This document shows positions 18,999 through 29,712 of a stretch of DNA of 64,000 nt, one piece after another. The stretch spans positions 139,483-203,482 of the forward strand of contig CALGJF010000009.1 of the NCBI GenBank assembly GCA_937914945.1, given 5' to 3'. A program made the translations under genes and the position numbers. Positions within the stretch are counted from its first letter, which is position 1. Each line of letters starts with the position of its first letter. The notes below the pieces were generated by a model. It did no database searches and was not told where the DNA came from. It saw nothing but the letters and a program-made list of their open reading frames with translations. This stretch comes from an uncultured Bacteroidales bacterium (GTDB taxonomy: Bacteria > Bacteroidota > Bacteroidia > Bacteroidales > Bacteroidaceae).

Positions 18999-21812
18999 TT
19001 ATTTCTCGGGAACCATGCTCACTTCGATGAAATTACCCTGTGCAAGCAAGCCGGCAAGGAACGCTCTGATGTCCTCTTTTGTTATACTCTTTACAACTTC
19101 AATATTATCGCTGTAATAGTCCTTGCCATTGAAATAGTATTGCATGAGCCAATTGCTCCATGCTCCATTAACCTTAACTTGCTCGTCAAAGGTTTTAAGC
19201 ATGTAACTGCGTACCTTCTCTACGTGCTCTTCAACGGGGCCCTCTTTGGCAACCTTCTCCAGCTCGCCGATAACAATCTTGGTAAGCTCCTCGCGACGTT
19301 CGGGTGCCATGTTAAATTGAATAGCTATGCTGAACTCGCCTTTGGGCAGAGGATCTATTGAGCCTTGAATACCAACGCCGTATGTGCCACCCTCTTTTTC
19401 GCGCACTTCGGTGGTATATACTATATCCATAATCTGTTGAACAAAACTCATTAGAATAGCATTGCGCAATGTGGCCTCGCAATCACCGCTGTAGAAAATA
19501 ACCTCTGTACCGGTGGGAGTCTCCATTTCCCTTGCAAAATTATTTCGGTAAACACCTTTGCGTGTTGTTATCTTGTGGTCATACAGTTCCTCTTTTCTTC
19601 CATTTGCAGGCAGGCCGCCTATGTATTTCTCCACAAGCGGTTTAAGTGTCTCCAAATCGATATTGCCAACAAATACGAATGTAAAATCGCTTGCATCGCA
19701 TGTGCGGTCTCTGTATATCTCCATGATACGGTCATAATCTAAACTATCCATGTCGCTCTCAACAATGGGCTTCATGCGAGGGTGATCGTTGTAAAGTGCC
19801 TTGTTGATGCTGTCGCCAAGAGCGGTATTGGGATTTATGTTGCGGTCGCGCAATGCGCCACGCTGGCGCGATATAAAGCTCTCCAATGCCGCTGTGTCTT
19901 TGCGTGGCGATGTGTATTTCAAATACATCAGTTGGAACATCTCCTCCAAATCCTTGGGCGAGCATGCGCCTGAGATTCTATCGTGGTAAGCACTTGCACC
20001 AACCTGGGCACTTGCCGTGCTACCTGCTAGTTTCTTGCTCAACTGCATGAGGTCGAACGAGCCTGCACCACCAAGAGAGACCACAGAACCAAGCATCGAA
20101 AGGTTTACACGGTCGCTGTCGGGGTAACGGCTTGTACCACCATAGCTCATACCGCTCATGATAATTTCATCGGCCTTGTAGTCGGTGGGTTTCACAATTA
20201 CCTTTATACCATTGGAGAGAGTCCAGATGGTTGAGCCCCACTTGCCCTCTTCTGTTGCCACCACACTGCCACCTGCGGGCAAAGTCTCCAACAAAGGAGC
20301 GTCGTTTGTGCTATCCACATAAGGTGTGAGCGGTGCAGCTTCAACGGCTGCCAGCAACATCTCTATTTGCTCTTTTGAGGGGTATATTATTGAATCTTTA
20401 TCGGGGGCAAGTGATATAGCAACGCGGTTCTCTTTTGTGTAAAGTGCCGGCAACACAGCATTAACCTCGTCAAGGGTAATCCTCTGCAACATCTCCTTTG
20501 AGAGCTCATATTCAGCCTCGGGCGACATTGCGCATGTGTTATCAAGGAAATTGCGTACATAGTCATCTACATACTCATCGTTGCTTATCTTGCTACGCTC
20601 GGCATATCTCTTCTCTGTTCCCGAGAGCATTGCAGCCTTTTGGCGGTTGAGCTCACCCTCGGTAAATCCGAAACGGCGGGCGCGCTCCAACTCGCAGAAT
20701 GCATAAGGGAGTGCTTCGTTTATCTTATCGGTCTTGCACATTACCGATATCGAGAATGCATCCTTTGTGCTTGCAAGAATAAATGAGCCGTTTGAAACAG
20801 AGGCACCAAGGAACGGAGGATTCTCCTTTATGGTAATCTCGGTAAAACGTGTGTTTAGCAACGACATAGCAACACCGGTTACAAAATTCTTGTATATCTC
20901 CTCTTTTGTATTAACCAGTTCACGAGGAGTGGCATCGTGCTTGAAATATAGCTGCAAAGCATAGTTCTGTTGCTCCTTGTCGGTACCTTGTGCAAAAATC
21001 ATATCCTTGTTGTCCGATACGGGATAGTATATGCGCTCGGCAGGATTCTTCGCCTTTTTAATTCCCTTGAAGGTCTTTTTTATCTTCTTTTCAACCTCGT
21101 TTACATCGATATCACCCACAACAATGATGCCTTGCAGGTCGGGGCGGTACCACTTTTCGTAATAGTCGCGCAGGGCCTGGTGAGGGAAACTGTCAACAAC
21201 TTCCATTACACCAATGGGCATGCGATAAGCATATTTCTCACCCTGATATGCTATTGGCAACACCTTCTCGAGCATACGCGACATTGCACTGCTGCGCTGG
21301 CGCCACTCCTCATGAATAACGCCACGCTCCTTGTCTATCTCTTCGCCGTCGAGAGTGAGGCCGTCGGCCCAATCGCGCAGAATCAATAAACAAGAATCAA
21401 TGGCTCCCGCTTTCTCAACAGGCACATTGTTTATGTTATATACAGTCTCATCTATCGAGGTGTATGCGTTAAGGTTTACACCAAACTTCACACCGATGCT
21501 TTCCAGGTAGTTGATAAGGCTTTTACCGGGGAAATTCTCTGTTCCATTGAAGCACATGTGCTCAAGGAAGTGTGCCAAGCCTCGCTGGTTCTCCTCTTCC
21601 TGGATGGAGCCCACCTTCTGTGCGATATAGAAATTCACCTTCTTTTCGGGCTCTTTGTTATGACGGATGTAGTATGTGAGCCCGTTCTTCAATTTACCCA
21701 CCCTTACAGCCGGGTCGAGTGGCAAAACCTCACCACTCTTCTGCGCCATTACCGGAGCTACCATGCAGGCGACAACAAACAGTAACAGCAGTTCTTTAAG
21801 TTTACTTTTCAT
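18999..21812 (-). CDS. M16 family (pitrilysin/insulinase-like) zinc peptidase, double-length
   Basis: 937 aa with a signal peptide and the inverted zinc motif HFLEH...E. Confidence 0.88.
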   Translation of the reverse strand: MKSKLKELLLLFVVACMVAPVMAQKSGEVLPLDPAVRVGKLKNGLTYYIRHNKEPEKKVNFYIAQKVGSIQEEENQRGLAHFLEHMCFNGTENFPGKSLINYLESIGVKFGVNLNAYTSIDETVYNINNVPVEKAGAIDSCLLILRDWADGLTLDGEEIDKERGVIHEEWRQRSSAMSRMLEKVLPIAYQGEKYAYRMPIGVMEVVDSFPHQALRDYYEKWYRPDLQGIIVVGDIDVNEVEKKIKKTFKGIKKAKNPAERIYYPVSDNKDMIFAQGTDKEQQNYALQLYFKHDATPRELVNTKEEIYKNFVTGVAMSLLNTRFTEITIKENPPFLGASVSNGSFILASTKDAFSISVMCKTDKINEALPYAFCELERARRFGFTEGELNRQKAAMLSGTEKRYAERSKISNDEYVDDYVRNFLDNTCAMSPEAEYELSKEMLQRITLDEVNAVLPALYTKENRVAISLAPDKDSIIYPSKEQIEMLLAAVEAAPLTPYVDSTNDAPLLETLPAGGSVVATEEGKWGSTIWTLSNGIKVIVKPTDYKADEIIMSGMSYGGTSRYPDSDRVNLSMLGSVVSLGGAGSFDLMQLSKKLAGSTASAQVGASAYHDRISGACSPKDLEEMFQLMYLKYTSPRKDTAALESFISRQRGALRDRNINPNTALGDSINKALYNDHPRMKPIVESDMDSLDYDRIMEIYRDRTCDASDFTFVFVGNIDLETLKPLVEKYIGGLPANGRKEELYDHKITTRKGVYRNNFAREMETPTGTEVIFYSGDCEATLRNAILMSFVQQIMDIVYTTEVREKEGGTYGVGIQGSIDPLPKGEFSIAIQFNMAPERREELTKIVIGELEKVAKEGPVEEHVEKVRSYMLKTFDEQVKVNGAWSNWLMQYYFNGKDYYSDNIEVVKSITKEDIRAFLAGLLAQGNFIEVSMVPEK

Positions 21813-21998
21813 ATAAATTTTCTCTTATATTTATTATTGCAAAATAACACGCGCGAAGATACTCATTTTAATTCGGTTGTTTCCATTGCATAGCTCTATA
21901 TTTATATAAATTTAAGAATATTTTACCACATAGTAATGGTTATATGGCACAACAAGCACAATTTATCGCTATCTTCGCACAAGAAACAACCGACAACA

Positions 21999-22493
21999 AT
22001 GGAAGAGCGCATACAAAAGGTATTGGATTACCTGACGACTAATGACATAGAACACTCGTGGTACACACATAAGGAGGCTCCTACAATAGAGATAGCACGC
22101 ACGCAATGGCGCGCTGACGGCTCAAAGCACTGCAAGAACCTCTTTTTCAGGAATCACAAAGGCAACCGCCATTATCTTGTGATACTCGATTGTGAACAGG
22201 ACCTGGATATTCACGACTTGGAACAGCGTCTGCACCAGGGAAAACTCTCGTTTGCATCCCCGCATCGCATGGAGCGATATTTGGGGCTCTTGCCGGGCTC
22301 GGTATCCCCTTTCGGGCTTATAAACGACACCGAAAATCATGTGCATCTGTTCATCGATGAGAATCTTAAAAAAGAAAAGTCGTTGAGTTTTCATCCCAAC
22401 GACAATCGTGCAACGGTGGTCATATCACAAGCGGAATTCATGCACTACCTTTCAATAGTAGGCAACAGCCACGAATTCATTACATTATATTAA
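21999..22493 (+). CDS. YbaK/ProX-type aminoacyl-tRNA editing domain protein
   Basis: The KNLFFRNHKGNRHYLVIL...PGSVSPFGL pattern. ATG at 21999. Confidence 0.7.
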   Translation: MEERIQKVLDYLTTNDIEHSWYTHKEAPTIEIARTQWRADGSKHCKNLFFRNHKGNRHYLVILDCEQDLDIHDLEQRLHQGKLSFASPHRMERYLGLLPGSVSPFGLINDTENHVHLFIDENLKKEKSLSFHPNDNRATVVISQAEFMHYLSIVGNSHEFITLY

Positions 22494-23180
22494 GAAAAAC
22501 GATATTACCGGGATTGCCGCAAATGTGGCATACATAACCAGCAGCAAGCGGTAAACATCGGGGACCTCGTAACCGCTTTTGGTAAAACGGTCGCTTATCC
22601 AGTCGCGACGGCTGCGACGTTGCTTGTTAAGCATATACTTATACAGTCTGTATGTAAGGAAGGCACACAGCACGCCTATCAATGCTCCGGCAAGTATATC
22701 CCACGGATAGTTTACTGCCATGTAAAGCCCCGCATAACATCCTATGGCAGCCCATAGCAACAATGAGAATGTCAAAATTCCATGCCTTATGAGCAACGAA
22801 AAGAATGTTGCAACGGCAAATGCTATTGTTGCATGTGTGAGCAAGAAACCATTCCCTGCTCTGAACTCGTTCATGGCATCGAGCAGATGAAGGCTGTCGG
22901 CTCCATATACGGTGCGCAGATATTCGAATAGCGGTTGCAACGCATATTCAGATAGCAGGAATGTAACCGCCAACATCGATGTTACAAACCCCACTATGGT
23001 AAGGAAATCTTTTACATTATTGTTTTTCACAAGCACATACAGGAGAGTAATCAACATGGGAATCCACACGGCAGGCATGGCAAAAACGCCAATGCAGCCA
23101 TCGGTAAAAAGCGATTCGCCCCCGGTCATCGAGAGTAGCAAATGCTTGTCCATATCAATAATATCCTGTATTCTATACAT
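22485..23180 (-). CDS. PAP2-like membrane phosphatase family protein (divergent motifs)
   Basis: Six TM helices. FLLTHAT and YPWDILAGALIG resemble PAP2 motifs C2/C3 but are degenerate. Its 3' end overlaps the ybaK-like gene by 9 nt. Confidence 0.45.
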   Translation of the reverse strand: MYRIQDIIDMDKHLLLSMTGGESLFTDGCIGVFAMPAVWIPMLITLLYVLVKNNNVKDFLTIVGFVTSMLAVTFLLSEYALQPLFEYLRTVYGADSLHLLDAMNEFRAGNGFLLTHATIAFAVATFFSLLIRHGILTFSLLLWAAIGCYAGLYMAVNYPWDILAGALIGVLCAFLTYRLYKYMLNKQRRSRRDWISDRFTKSGYEVPDVYRLLLVMYATFAAIPVISFFLI

Positions 23181-23183
23181 CGG

Positions 23184-23960
23184 TTAAATCTTTTCAATAG
23201 CATCGGCAGGCAGCCACCCTATTGTTCCGTCTTCAAGCTCTATCTCCTTCCACCCTTTCATGGTATCGTCGGTGATGTTCACTTTGCGCCCTTCGTGAAT
23301 TACAAAAAGGTCGGTTCCCGAATTGTCGGGGGTACTTTTTGCCGTAACGCTCGGCTGCATCACAATGGCCGCCGTGCGGTTTGTGAGTTTGTTGTAATGG
23401 TGCAACGCAGCCACATTTGCAAATATAGTAATTACAAGTGAAAGCAGAGCCACTATAAAGCCGCTTTTTCTCAATCCCATTTTGTTGCTGAACAAAAAGA
23501 GCAATAGCGCAGCCAAAAAGAGTATAAATGCCACAATGGCTACAATGGCCCACATGTCCATTGCAAAGAGGTTTATCACATTCTCTATCCACACGGTAAA
23601 GAATATTCTGTAAGGCTCCGAAACCTTATCTACGATTTTGCTTTGCGCAAGTGTGAGATTGAAATTTATATCCTCGTCGCCGGGTGCCAGCAACAATGCT
23701 CTTTCATAATTAAGAATAGCCTTGGCAATCTCATCGTTCTTGTAATATGCATTTCCCAAGTTGTAATACAGGTCGGCAGCCTCGCCTTGTGTCGCCATTG
23801 CCTCTTCGTATGCGGTAATGGCTCCTGCATAATCATTGGCTATGTAAAGGCTGTCGCCCAATGCTTTTTTTGCTACAACCTCGCTTGCCGCCTCTTGCGC
23901 CACGGCCAAGCAAGGGAAGAAAAACAGTAATATATATATAACGGTTTTCATACTCTTCAT
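23184..23960 (-). CDS. batE: BatE-like TPR + SH3 domain protein
   Basis: Last gene of the Bat operon. It has a signal peptide, TPR repeats, TM helices and a C-terminal SH3-like domain (GWKEIELEDGTIGWLPADAI). Confidence 0.7.
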   Translation of the reverse strand: MKSMKTVIYILLFFFPCLAVAQEAASEVVAKKALGDSLYIANDYAGAITAYEEAMATQGEAADLYYNLGNAYYKNDEIAKAILNYERALLLAPGDEDINFNLTLAQSKIVDKVSEPYRIFFTVWIENVINLFAMDMWAIVAIVAFILFLAALLLFLFSNKMGLRKSGFIVALLSLVITIFANVAALHHYNKLTNRTAAIVMQPSVTAKSTPDNSGTDLFVIHEGRKVNITDDTMKGWKEIELEDGTIGWLPADAIEKI

Positions 23961-25798
23961 TATCTCTTTATTGAATTCTCCATTTTGCTGATAACCTCTA
24001 TCGCCATGTTATACACATTGTCCATGGTGGCACCTGCATCGCCCGGGGCGTAGCGGGCAAATTCTCCCTCGTTAAGAACATTGTGCAGTTCTTGAACAAG
24101 GCTTTCGCTCACGCCTTTCTTTTCGAGCTCGGCTGCAATATTCTCTTTTGACAGTTGCGATACGGGGATGCTTAATTTATCGCTCATATAGCCCCAAAGG
24201 GTTTTTAGAATCTCGTCATAGAACTCGTTCTGTCTGTTCTCTTTAAGCAGTTTCTTTGCTACCTTCAAACGCTTTACTGCAACCTTGTTTGCTTTTTTGG
24301 TGCGCATGGCGGCTATATTGGCATTCTCCTGCATTTTCTTGCGGCATACGATTATATACATTGCAAACAGCAACAGAGGGATAATGTACCACAACCAATA
24401 TGCAGGCGATGCAAAAAGATATTCCCCTCGCTTATTCATTGCAACATCACCTCGTTTTATATATCGGATATCCTGACCAAGGCGTTTGAGTTCCTCCTTG
24501 CTCACATAGGCAGGAACGGTTCCGCCGGCACTCTCCCGGCCCTTCTCTACCTGCAAGGTGTATGTCTCGCTCTCCAATGTCTTGTACTGTTTTGAATTTA
24601 TATCGAAGTACGAGAACTTTACCGATGGGATTGTATATTCGCCACCATAACGCGGTATTGCAAGATACTCAATGACTTTGTTGCCCGAGAATCCTTCGTA
24701 GCGCAACGAAATCTTGTTCTCTACCTTGGGGTCGTAAACCTCAAAATCCTCGGGGAATGCAGCCTCGGGAGTTTTTATCAGTTTCATATTACCGGTACCG
24801 GATATCACAATACGCAATGTAATCGCTTCGTTTGCCTTCACTTCGGCAGCACTCAATGAAGAGGATAGCTTGAAACTGCCGACTGCTCCCGAGAAATCGG
24901 CAGGCTTGCCTGCGGGCAGTTTCTGCACATTCAGTTTAAGTTTTGGAGTACGCAATAGTTTCTTCACCTCCACCACATTTGCACCACCGAAGAACTCAAA
25001 TGGGTCGTATGAGCGTGTATGCATGGTTACGGTACCTTCGAATTCGGTCGAAGGAATCTCTATCTCTCCGCTGATTTGTGGAAAAAGAACATATTGCTGC
25101 CACAGAATGGTGCGATAATTACGCCCATTATAATGTTCAAGGCTCCACTCTTTGTTGGCCGGTAATTCCACCTCCTGTATCTGGAAACCGTTCAATTCGG
25201 GAATTTTTCCGTTTAAGGCAGTAAGGTTTACTGTTGAATAAACTTTGAATGTGAGCAGAACAGCCTCTTGCTCGTACACCTTTGTCTTATTCAATGTCGC
25301 AGTCATGAACAATTCATCGGCCTCTATTTTTGTTGGGTCGGCATCGTAATTGCGTTGTGCATTGCCACCATGCTGCGAGCGTCTGTTACTCTGCGCTGCC
25401 GCACTTGCCTTATCGGCCGGGAGCACCTTTATGGTCAATGGGTTCGATGTGTAATCCTTGCCATTAATGTTTGCTACGGCACCGGGAATATCAAATTCTC
25501 CCTCCTTTTCGGCAATAAGGGTATAAGTGAATACCAAGGTGTGGCTTGATGAAACCTGGCCGTTTACTATTTGCGTACTTGATTGCTGCGAACGGAATGG
25601 CCCGGCAATGATAGAGAATCCCTCTATTGACGGCAGGCGAGGCTCCTTGGCCTTGTGTGTATTTATTTTGTATTGCAATTTCAATTGCTGATTCACAGCC
25701 ACCGCTTTGGGCGCCGATGCCACGAAAGAGACCTCGTCGGCCAATGTCGCCGATATTGTCAGCAATAATAATAGTGTTGTAAGAACTGTTCTTCTCAT
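23960..25798 (-). CDS. batD: BatD-like oxygen-tolerance protein
   Basis: 612 aa with a signal peptide and a TM near the C-terminal third. It lies between the batC and batE analogues. Its stop overlaps the batE start by 1 nt. Confidence 0.7.
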   Translation of the reverse strand: MRRTVLTTLLLLLTISATLADEVSFVASAPKAVAVNQQLKLQYKINTHKAKEPRLPSIEGFSIIAGPFRSQQSSTQIVNGQVSSSHTLVFTYTLIAEKEGEFDIPGAVANINGKDYTSNPLTIKVLPADKASAAAQSNRRSQHGGNAQRNYDADPTKIEADELFMTATLNKTKVYEQEAVLLTFKVYSTVNLTALNGKIPELNGFQIQEVELPANKEWSLEHYNGRNYRTILWQQYVLFPQISGEIEIPSTEFEGTVTMHTRSYDPFEFFGGANVVEVKKLLRTPKLKLNVQKLPAGKPADFSGAVGSFKLSSSLSAAEVKANEAITLRIVISGTGNMKLIKTPEAAFPEDFEVYDPKVENKISLRYEGFSGNKVIEYLAIPRYGGEYTIPSVKFSYFDINSKQYKTLESETYTLQVEKGRESAGGTVPAYVSKEELKRLGQDIRYIKRGDVAMNKRGEYLFASPAYWLWYIIPLLLFAMYIIVCRKKMQENANIAAMRTKKANKVAVKRLKVAKKLLKENRQNEFYDEILKTLWGYMSDKLSIPVSQLSKENIAAELEKKGVSESLVQELHNVLNEGEFARYAPGDAGATMDNVYNMAIEVISKMENSIKR

Positions 25799-25849
25799 CT
25801 ATATATCTAATTCTTCAATATTTAATACTTATGTTATCGGCAGTGGCAA

Positions 25850-26569
25850 TTACCAATCTTTATCGAGTTTCTTGCCACGTATCTGCATCATCTTTTTTAC
25901 TCTTTCCTGAACATCCTTTTCGTCTTGCATGGCCGACTCCAACAACTGCTCGGCATTCTCTTTCGACATCTCGTTTTCATTCTCTTCGGGCTGCTGTTGC
26001 TCTTGTTGCTGTTCTTGTTGCTCTTGCTGTTGTTCCTGTTGCTCTTGTTGTTGCTCTTGTTCTTGTTGCTCTTGCTGCTGTTCCTGTTGCTCGTTTTCCT
26101 TGTTCTCCTCTTGGTTCTGTTGCTGTTGTTGCTGGTTTTGCAACTGTTTCATGGCAACAGCAAGATTGTAGCGTGTTTCGTGGTCGGTGGAGTTTTCGCG
26201 CAGAGCCTGTTTGTAGAATTCCACAGCATGAGCATAATCCTTTGATGCCTGGCAGATTACACCCATATTGTGATGTATTTGTGCAAGCTGCTGCTTATCT
26301 GTTGCACGTTTTTGCGCTATGGTAAATTGGTCCATGGCATCCTGTGCCTTATTCTGACGAAGAAGAGCATTACCCAAATTGTATAATGCTTCGCAACCGT
26401 TGGGATCCAACTCCAATGCTTTGCGATACTCTACTTCGGCTTTGTCGTAAAGGCTGTCGGCATACAATTTGTTACCGCTTCTCATATACTCGCGGTAGCT
26501 CTTCTGTGCCGATGCATTTGTGCAAAGCAGGGCAACAAGCATAATCGGTAGGTATTTTATAATGTTCAT
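25850..26569 (-). CDS. batC: BatC-like TPR protein with Gln/Glu-rich repeat tail
   Basis: TPR repeats (YNLGNALLRQNK, HHNMGVICQ) followed by about 60 residues of (E/Q)n. Confidence 0.7.
   Translation of the reverse strand: MNIIKYLPIMLVALLCTNASAQKSYREYMRSGNKLYADSLYDKAEVEYRKALELDPNGCEALYNLGNALLRQNKAQDAMDQFTIAQKRATDKQQLAQIHHNMGVICQASKDYAHAVEFYKQALRENSTDHETRYNLAVAMKQLQNQQQQQQNQEENKENEQQEQQQEQQEQEQQQEQQEQQQEQQEQQQEQQQPEENENEMSKENAEQLLESAMQDEKDVQERVKKMMQIRGKKLDKDW
25970..26146 (-). repeat. coding Gln/Glu (CAA/CAG/GAA/GAG) low-complexity repeat in batC
   Basis: Residues 142-200 read QLQNQQQQQQNQEENKENEQQEQQQEQQEQEQQQEQQEQQQEQQEQQQEQQQPEENENE. Confidence 0.9.
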
Positions 26570-26581
26570 TTCAAGGATTAA

Positions 26582-27601
26582 TTATTTGTCAAACAACTTA
26601 AATCCGCGGGTAAAGCGGCTCTTCCCGGTGAGTATGAGAGACTCTATCACAAGCAATATAAATGCCAACCATGCAATAAATTCGAACTGCTCGTTGAACT
26701 CGGTATACACCTCTGTCGTAACATCGGCCTTTGCAAGTTTGTCAATCTCTTTATCTAATAGTTTTTCGGCAGTATTGGTGTTATCAACCCTTATATAGGC
26801 ACCGTTGCCCGCCTGAGCAACAGACTGCGCCATCTCCTCGTTTAGTTTTGTAACTACCACATTGCCCTCCTTGTCGCGGCGATAGTCATTACTGCCGTCG
26901 GCCGGTATTGGTGCGCCGTCAAGTGAACCTATACCCATTACATATACATTCATTCCTTTTTCGGTCGCCATCTTTGCAGCCTCTTCGGCGCCTCCCTCAT
27001 GGTTCTCGCCATCGGTTATAAGCACAATGGCTTTTCCCACCCCCTCGGTTGGGGTAAAGCTTTTCATTGCAAGGCTTATTGCACCGCCTATATCTGTGCC
27101 TTGTCGCGATATCAGTGCCGGTGATATTGTTTCCAAGAACATTTTCGCCGATATAAAATCGTTTGTTATGGGTAATTGCACAAAAGCATCGCCTGCAAAA
27201 ACTATCAGCCCCACTTTGTCGTTCTCAAACTTGTCTATAAGGCGCGATATTATCTTTTTTGCCTTTTCCAAGCGGTTGGGAGCAATATCCTGGGCCATCA
27301 TTGAGTTCGATATATCAAGAGCTATGACAACTTCAATGCCCTGTCGCGTAACGGTTTCTTTTTTTGAGCCGAATTGTGGGCGTGCCAATGTTATTACAAT
27401 TAGAACCAACGCAACCAAAGAGAGCCAGAATTTAAGCCCGGGACGATAGGCCGACACATCGGGCATAAGGCTTTTCAGCAGGTTTACATCGCCATACAAT
27501 CTCAAATTACGGTTTCTTCTGTAATTCGAGTATATATATACCGCCAACAGTATGGGAATTACTATGAGCAGATAAAAATATTCGGGATTTGCAAATTTCA
27601 T
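26582..27601 (-). CDS. batB: BatB-like von Willebrand factor A protein
   Basis: N-terminal TM helices and the MIDAS motif DISNSM. Confidence 0.8.
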   Translation of the reverse strand: MKFANPEYFYLLIVIPILLAVYIYSNYRRNRNLRLYGDVNLLKSLMPDVSAYRPGLKFWLSLVALVLIVITLARPQFGSKKETVTRQGIEVVIALDISNSMMAQDIAPNRLEKAKKIISRLIDKFENDKVGLIVFAGDAFVQLPITNDFISAKMFLETISPALISRQGTDIGGAISLAMKSFTPTEGVGKAIVLITDGENHEGGAEEAAKMATEKGMNVYVMGIGSLDGAPIPADGSNDYRRDKEGNVVVTKLNEEMAQSVAQAGNGAYIRVDNTNTAEKLLDKEIDKLAKADVTTEVYTEFNEQFEFIAWLAFILLVIESLILTGKSRFTRGFKLFDK

Positions 27602-27616
27602 ATTTCAAATACTGTT

Positions 27617-28603
27617 TCAGGGTATTTTCTTTAATATTGTATTACGCAACAGAATTTCGAGCAACAATGCCGCGAATGCTATAATAGCAAAAATCTGGAA
27701 CTCTTCTTCGCGCGTACTGAATTCCTTGACATTCAGCTTGGTGCGTTCCAGCTTGTCTATCTTCTCATAAACCTCTTTCAGCTTGGAGTTGCTTGTTGCG
27801 CGATAATAGTTGCCATCGGTTATTGTAGCAATTTTGTTAAGCGTTGTTTCGTCTATCTCAACAGGCACATTCACCACCCTGCCACCATAAGGATAGGGAG
27901 CTGTGCCATTGGTACCTACGCCTATTGTATATATCCTTATTCCAAATTTCTTCGCAATATCGGCTGCAGCCTCGGGCGATATTTCGCCTCGGTTATTTGA
28001 GCCGTCGGTAAGCAGTATGACCACTTTTGATTTTGCTTTGCTCTCTTTGAGACGACTCACGGCATTGGCAATACCCATGCCTATGGCAGTACCGTCTTCT
28101 ATGATTCCTTGTGCCGCGATATCGCACTTTACCGAGTTAAGCATATTGAGTATCACCGCGTGGTCCACGGTAAGCGGACATTGGGTAAAGCTCTCTCCTG
28201 CAAATATGGTGAGTCCTATATTGTCGTTCGGGCGGCTGTTGATAAAGTCGGCAGCCACCTGCTTTGCGGCCTCCAAACGATTTGGGGTAAGGTCCATGGC
28301 CAACATACTTGTGGATACGTCCATAGCCAGCATTATATCTATACCCTCAATCTCGGAATTCTCCCACCTGTTGGTGCTTTGCGGGCGGGCAAGTACTAGT
28401 ATCACCATTGCGATGGAGATGACACGCAACACAAACGGCAGATCGATTATATAATTCTTGTAGCTCTTTACATCCTTCATAAAAGGGGCTGCCGTGGAGA
28501 CCTTCATAGCGGGTTCCAGCTTGCGCCCTCTGAAAATATACCACAACACATACAATGCAAGCGGTATGAAAAGAAGTAAATATCCTATTTTAGAGAAAAA
28601 CAT
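27617..28603 (-). CDS. batA: BatA-like von Willebrand factor A protein
   Basis: MIDAS motif DVSTSM. I take the ATG at 28603; the track start at 28609 is TTG. Confidence 0.8.
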   Translation of the reverse strand: MFFSKIGYLLLFIPLALYVLWYIFRGRKLEPAMKVSTAAPFMKDVKSYKNYIIDLPFVLRVISIAMVILVLARPQSTNRWENSEIEGIDIMLAMDVSTSMLAMDLTPNRLEAAKQVAADFINSRPNDNIGLTIFAGESFTQCPLTVDHAVILNMLNSVKCDIAAQGIIEDGTAIGMGIANAVSRLKESKAKSKVVILLTDGSNNRGEISPEAAADIAKKFGIRIYTIGVGTNGTAPYPYGGRVVNVPVEIDETTLNKIATITDGNYYRATSNSKLKEVYEKIDKLERTKLNVKEFSTREEEFQIFAIIAFAALLLEILLRNTILKKIP

Positions 28604-28616
28604 ATTCAAAAACAGA

Positions 28617-29693
28617 TTAACTTAACAAATAATACAACTCACTGATGAGCAATGCCAATACCGTGGCTGTAGCCAGCGAGAGCAGCACCACTGCGAGCAG
28701 CAACAACCTCTTTTCGCGCACGGAACGCTCATTCACCACTTTTTTCTCTGTCGGTTGCTGCGGGATTTCGCTGTCGGCAAGTTTTGTGTTGTCCACAAAC
28801 TCTATCGCGTTCAGCAGATTGCGATCGTTCTCGTTCATGGGCGGATTGAACTTTGCAAATTTAACAAGGTCGGCAGTTTCAAGGATATCGCGCAAGTCGC
28901 GCAAGCTCTCTTTATCCTTAATTTTCAACAGTTCGTCTATAATCTCGGCAGTTGTCATCTCTGTTGCATTAAAAGCAAAGCGTTCATTCATGTACTCGCG
29001 CAAAGCATCGGTAATGGCAGTGTAATACTCTTTACTGCTGCCTGCTGTGCGCCAACCGGCATCGCTTTTTATACGCTCCATTTCGTTAAGAGCAACAACA
29101 TGTGCCGGCAATTTAGGTTTAAGCTTTACTATACGGATTATAGGCTTGTTGTTTATGTATCTGATAGTTACCCATGCAAGAATGGCCGCCAGCAGAATAA
29201 ACAAAAGAGAGTAGCCCACCGAGCCTTTGTAATCGTCCCAAGTAAGCTCCACTGCCCATATATCCTTGGGCGGGAAGAACTGCTCAAGGTTTGTTGTATC
29301 CACCGGCATCATATACACAGCAAGTGCAAGTTCCTCGGAATAGAATGGCTCGCCATCTACCAATACCTCAAACGGAGGAATGGCATACAAAGCACTATCG
29401 AACGATGTTACCACATACTCTTCTGTTATTAGCAGTCGCTTGCCGTCGTTCAATATCTGTGTGTCGTTGGGCAGTTTCTCCACAATCTCCACACCCTCAA
29501 TAATCTCCTTGTCAAACTGTGGCAGAAGAGCCCTTTTGTTGGCATCCACTCCCACTTTCAATTTAATCCTCGCCTGTTCACCTATAAGTCGCTGGCACGA
29601 ATCAATCTCGGCATTTACCGAAACATGGTTTTGCGCCACAGCAAAACCGGCAAACAGGGCAAGCAGCAGGGATATAAATATTGTTTTTTTCAT
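28617..29693 (-). CDS. hypothetical membrane protein of the Bat operon
   Basis: Signal peptide plus two TM segments. It occupies the conserved slot between the DUF58 gene and batA. Confidence 0.55.
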   Translation of the reverse strand: MKKTIFISLLLALFAGFAVAQNHVSVNAEIDSCQRLIGEQARIKLKVGVDANKRALLPQFDKEIIEGVEIVEKLPNDTQILNDGKRLLITEEYVVTSFDSALYAIPPFEVLVDGEPFYSEELALAVYMMPVDTTNLEQFFPPKDIWAVELTWDDYKGSVGYSLLFILLAAILAWVTIRYINNKPIIRIVKLKPKLPAHVVALNEMERIKSDAGWRTAGSSKEYYTAITDALREYMNERFAFNATEMTTAEIIDELLKIKDKESLRDLRDILETADLVKFAKFNPPMNENDRNLLNAIEFVDNTKLADSEIPQQPTEKKVVNERSVREKRLLLLAVVLLSLATATVLALLISELYYLLS

Positions 29694-29712
29694 TCTCTAT
29701 CATATTTACGCA

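Noticed and set aside
25831-26325. Poly-Leu, poly-Cys and poly-Ala plus-strand ORFs (three overlapping frames)
   Set aside because: They are antisense artefacts of the Gln/Glu codon repeat in batC.
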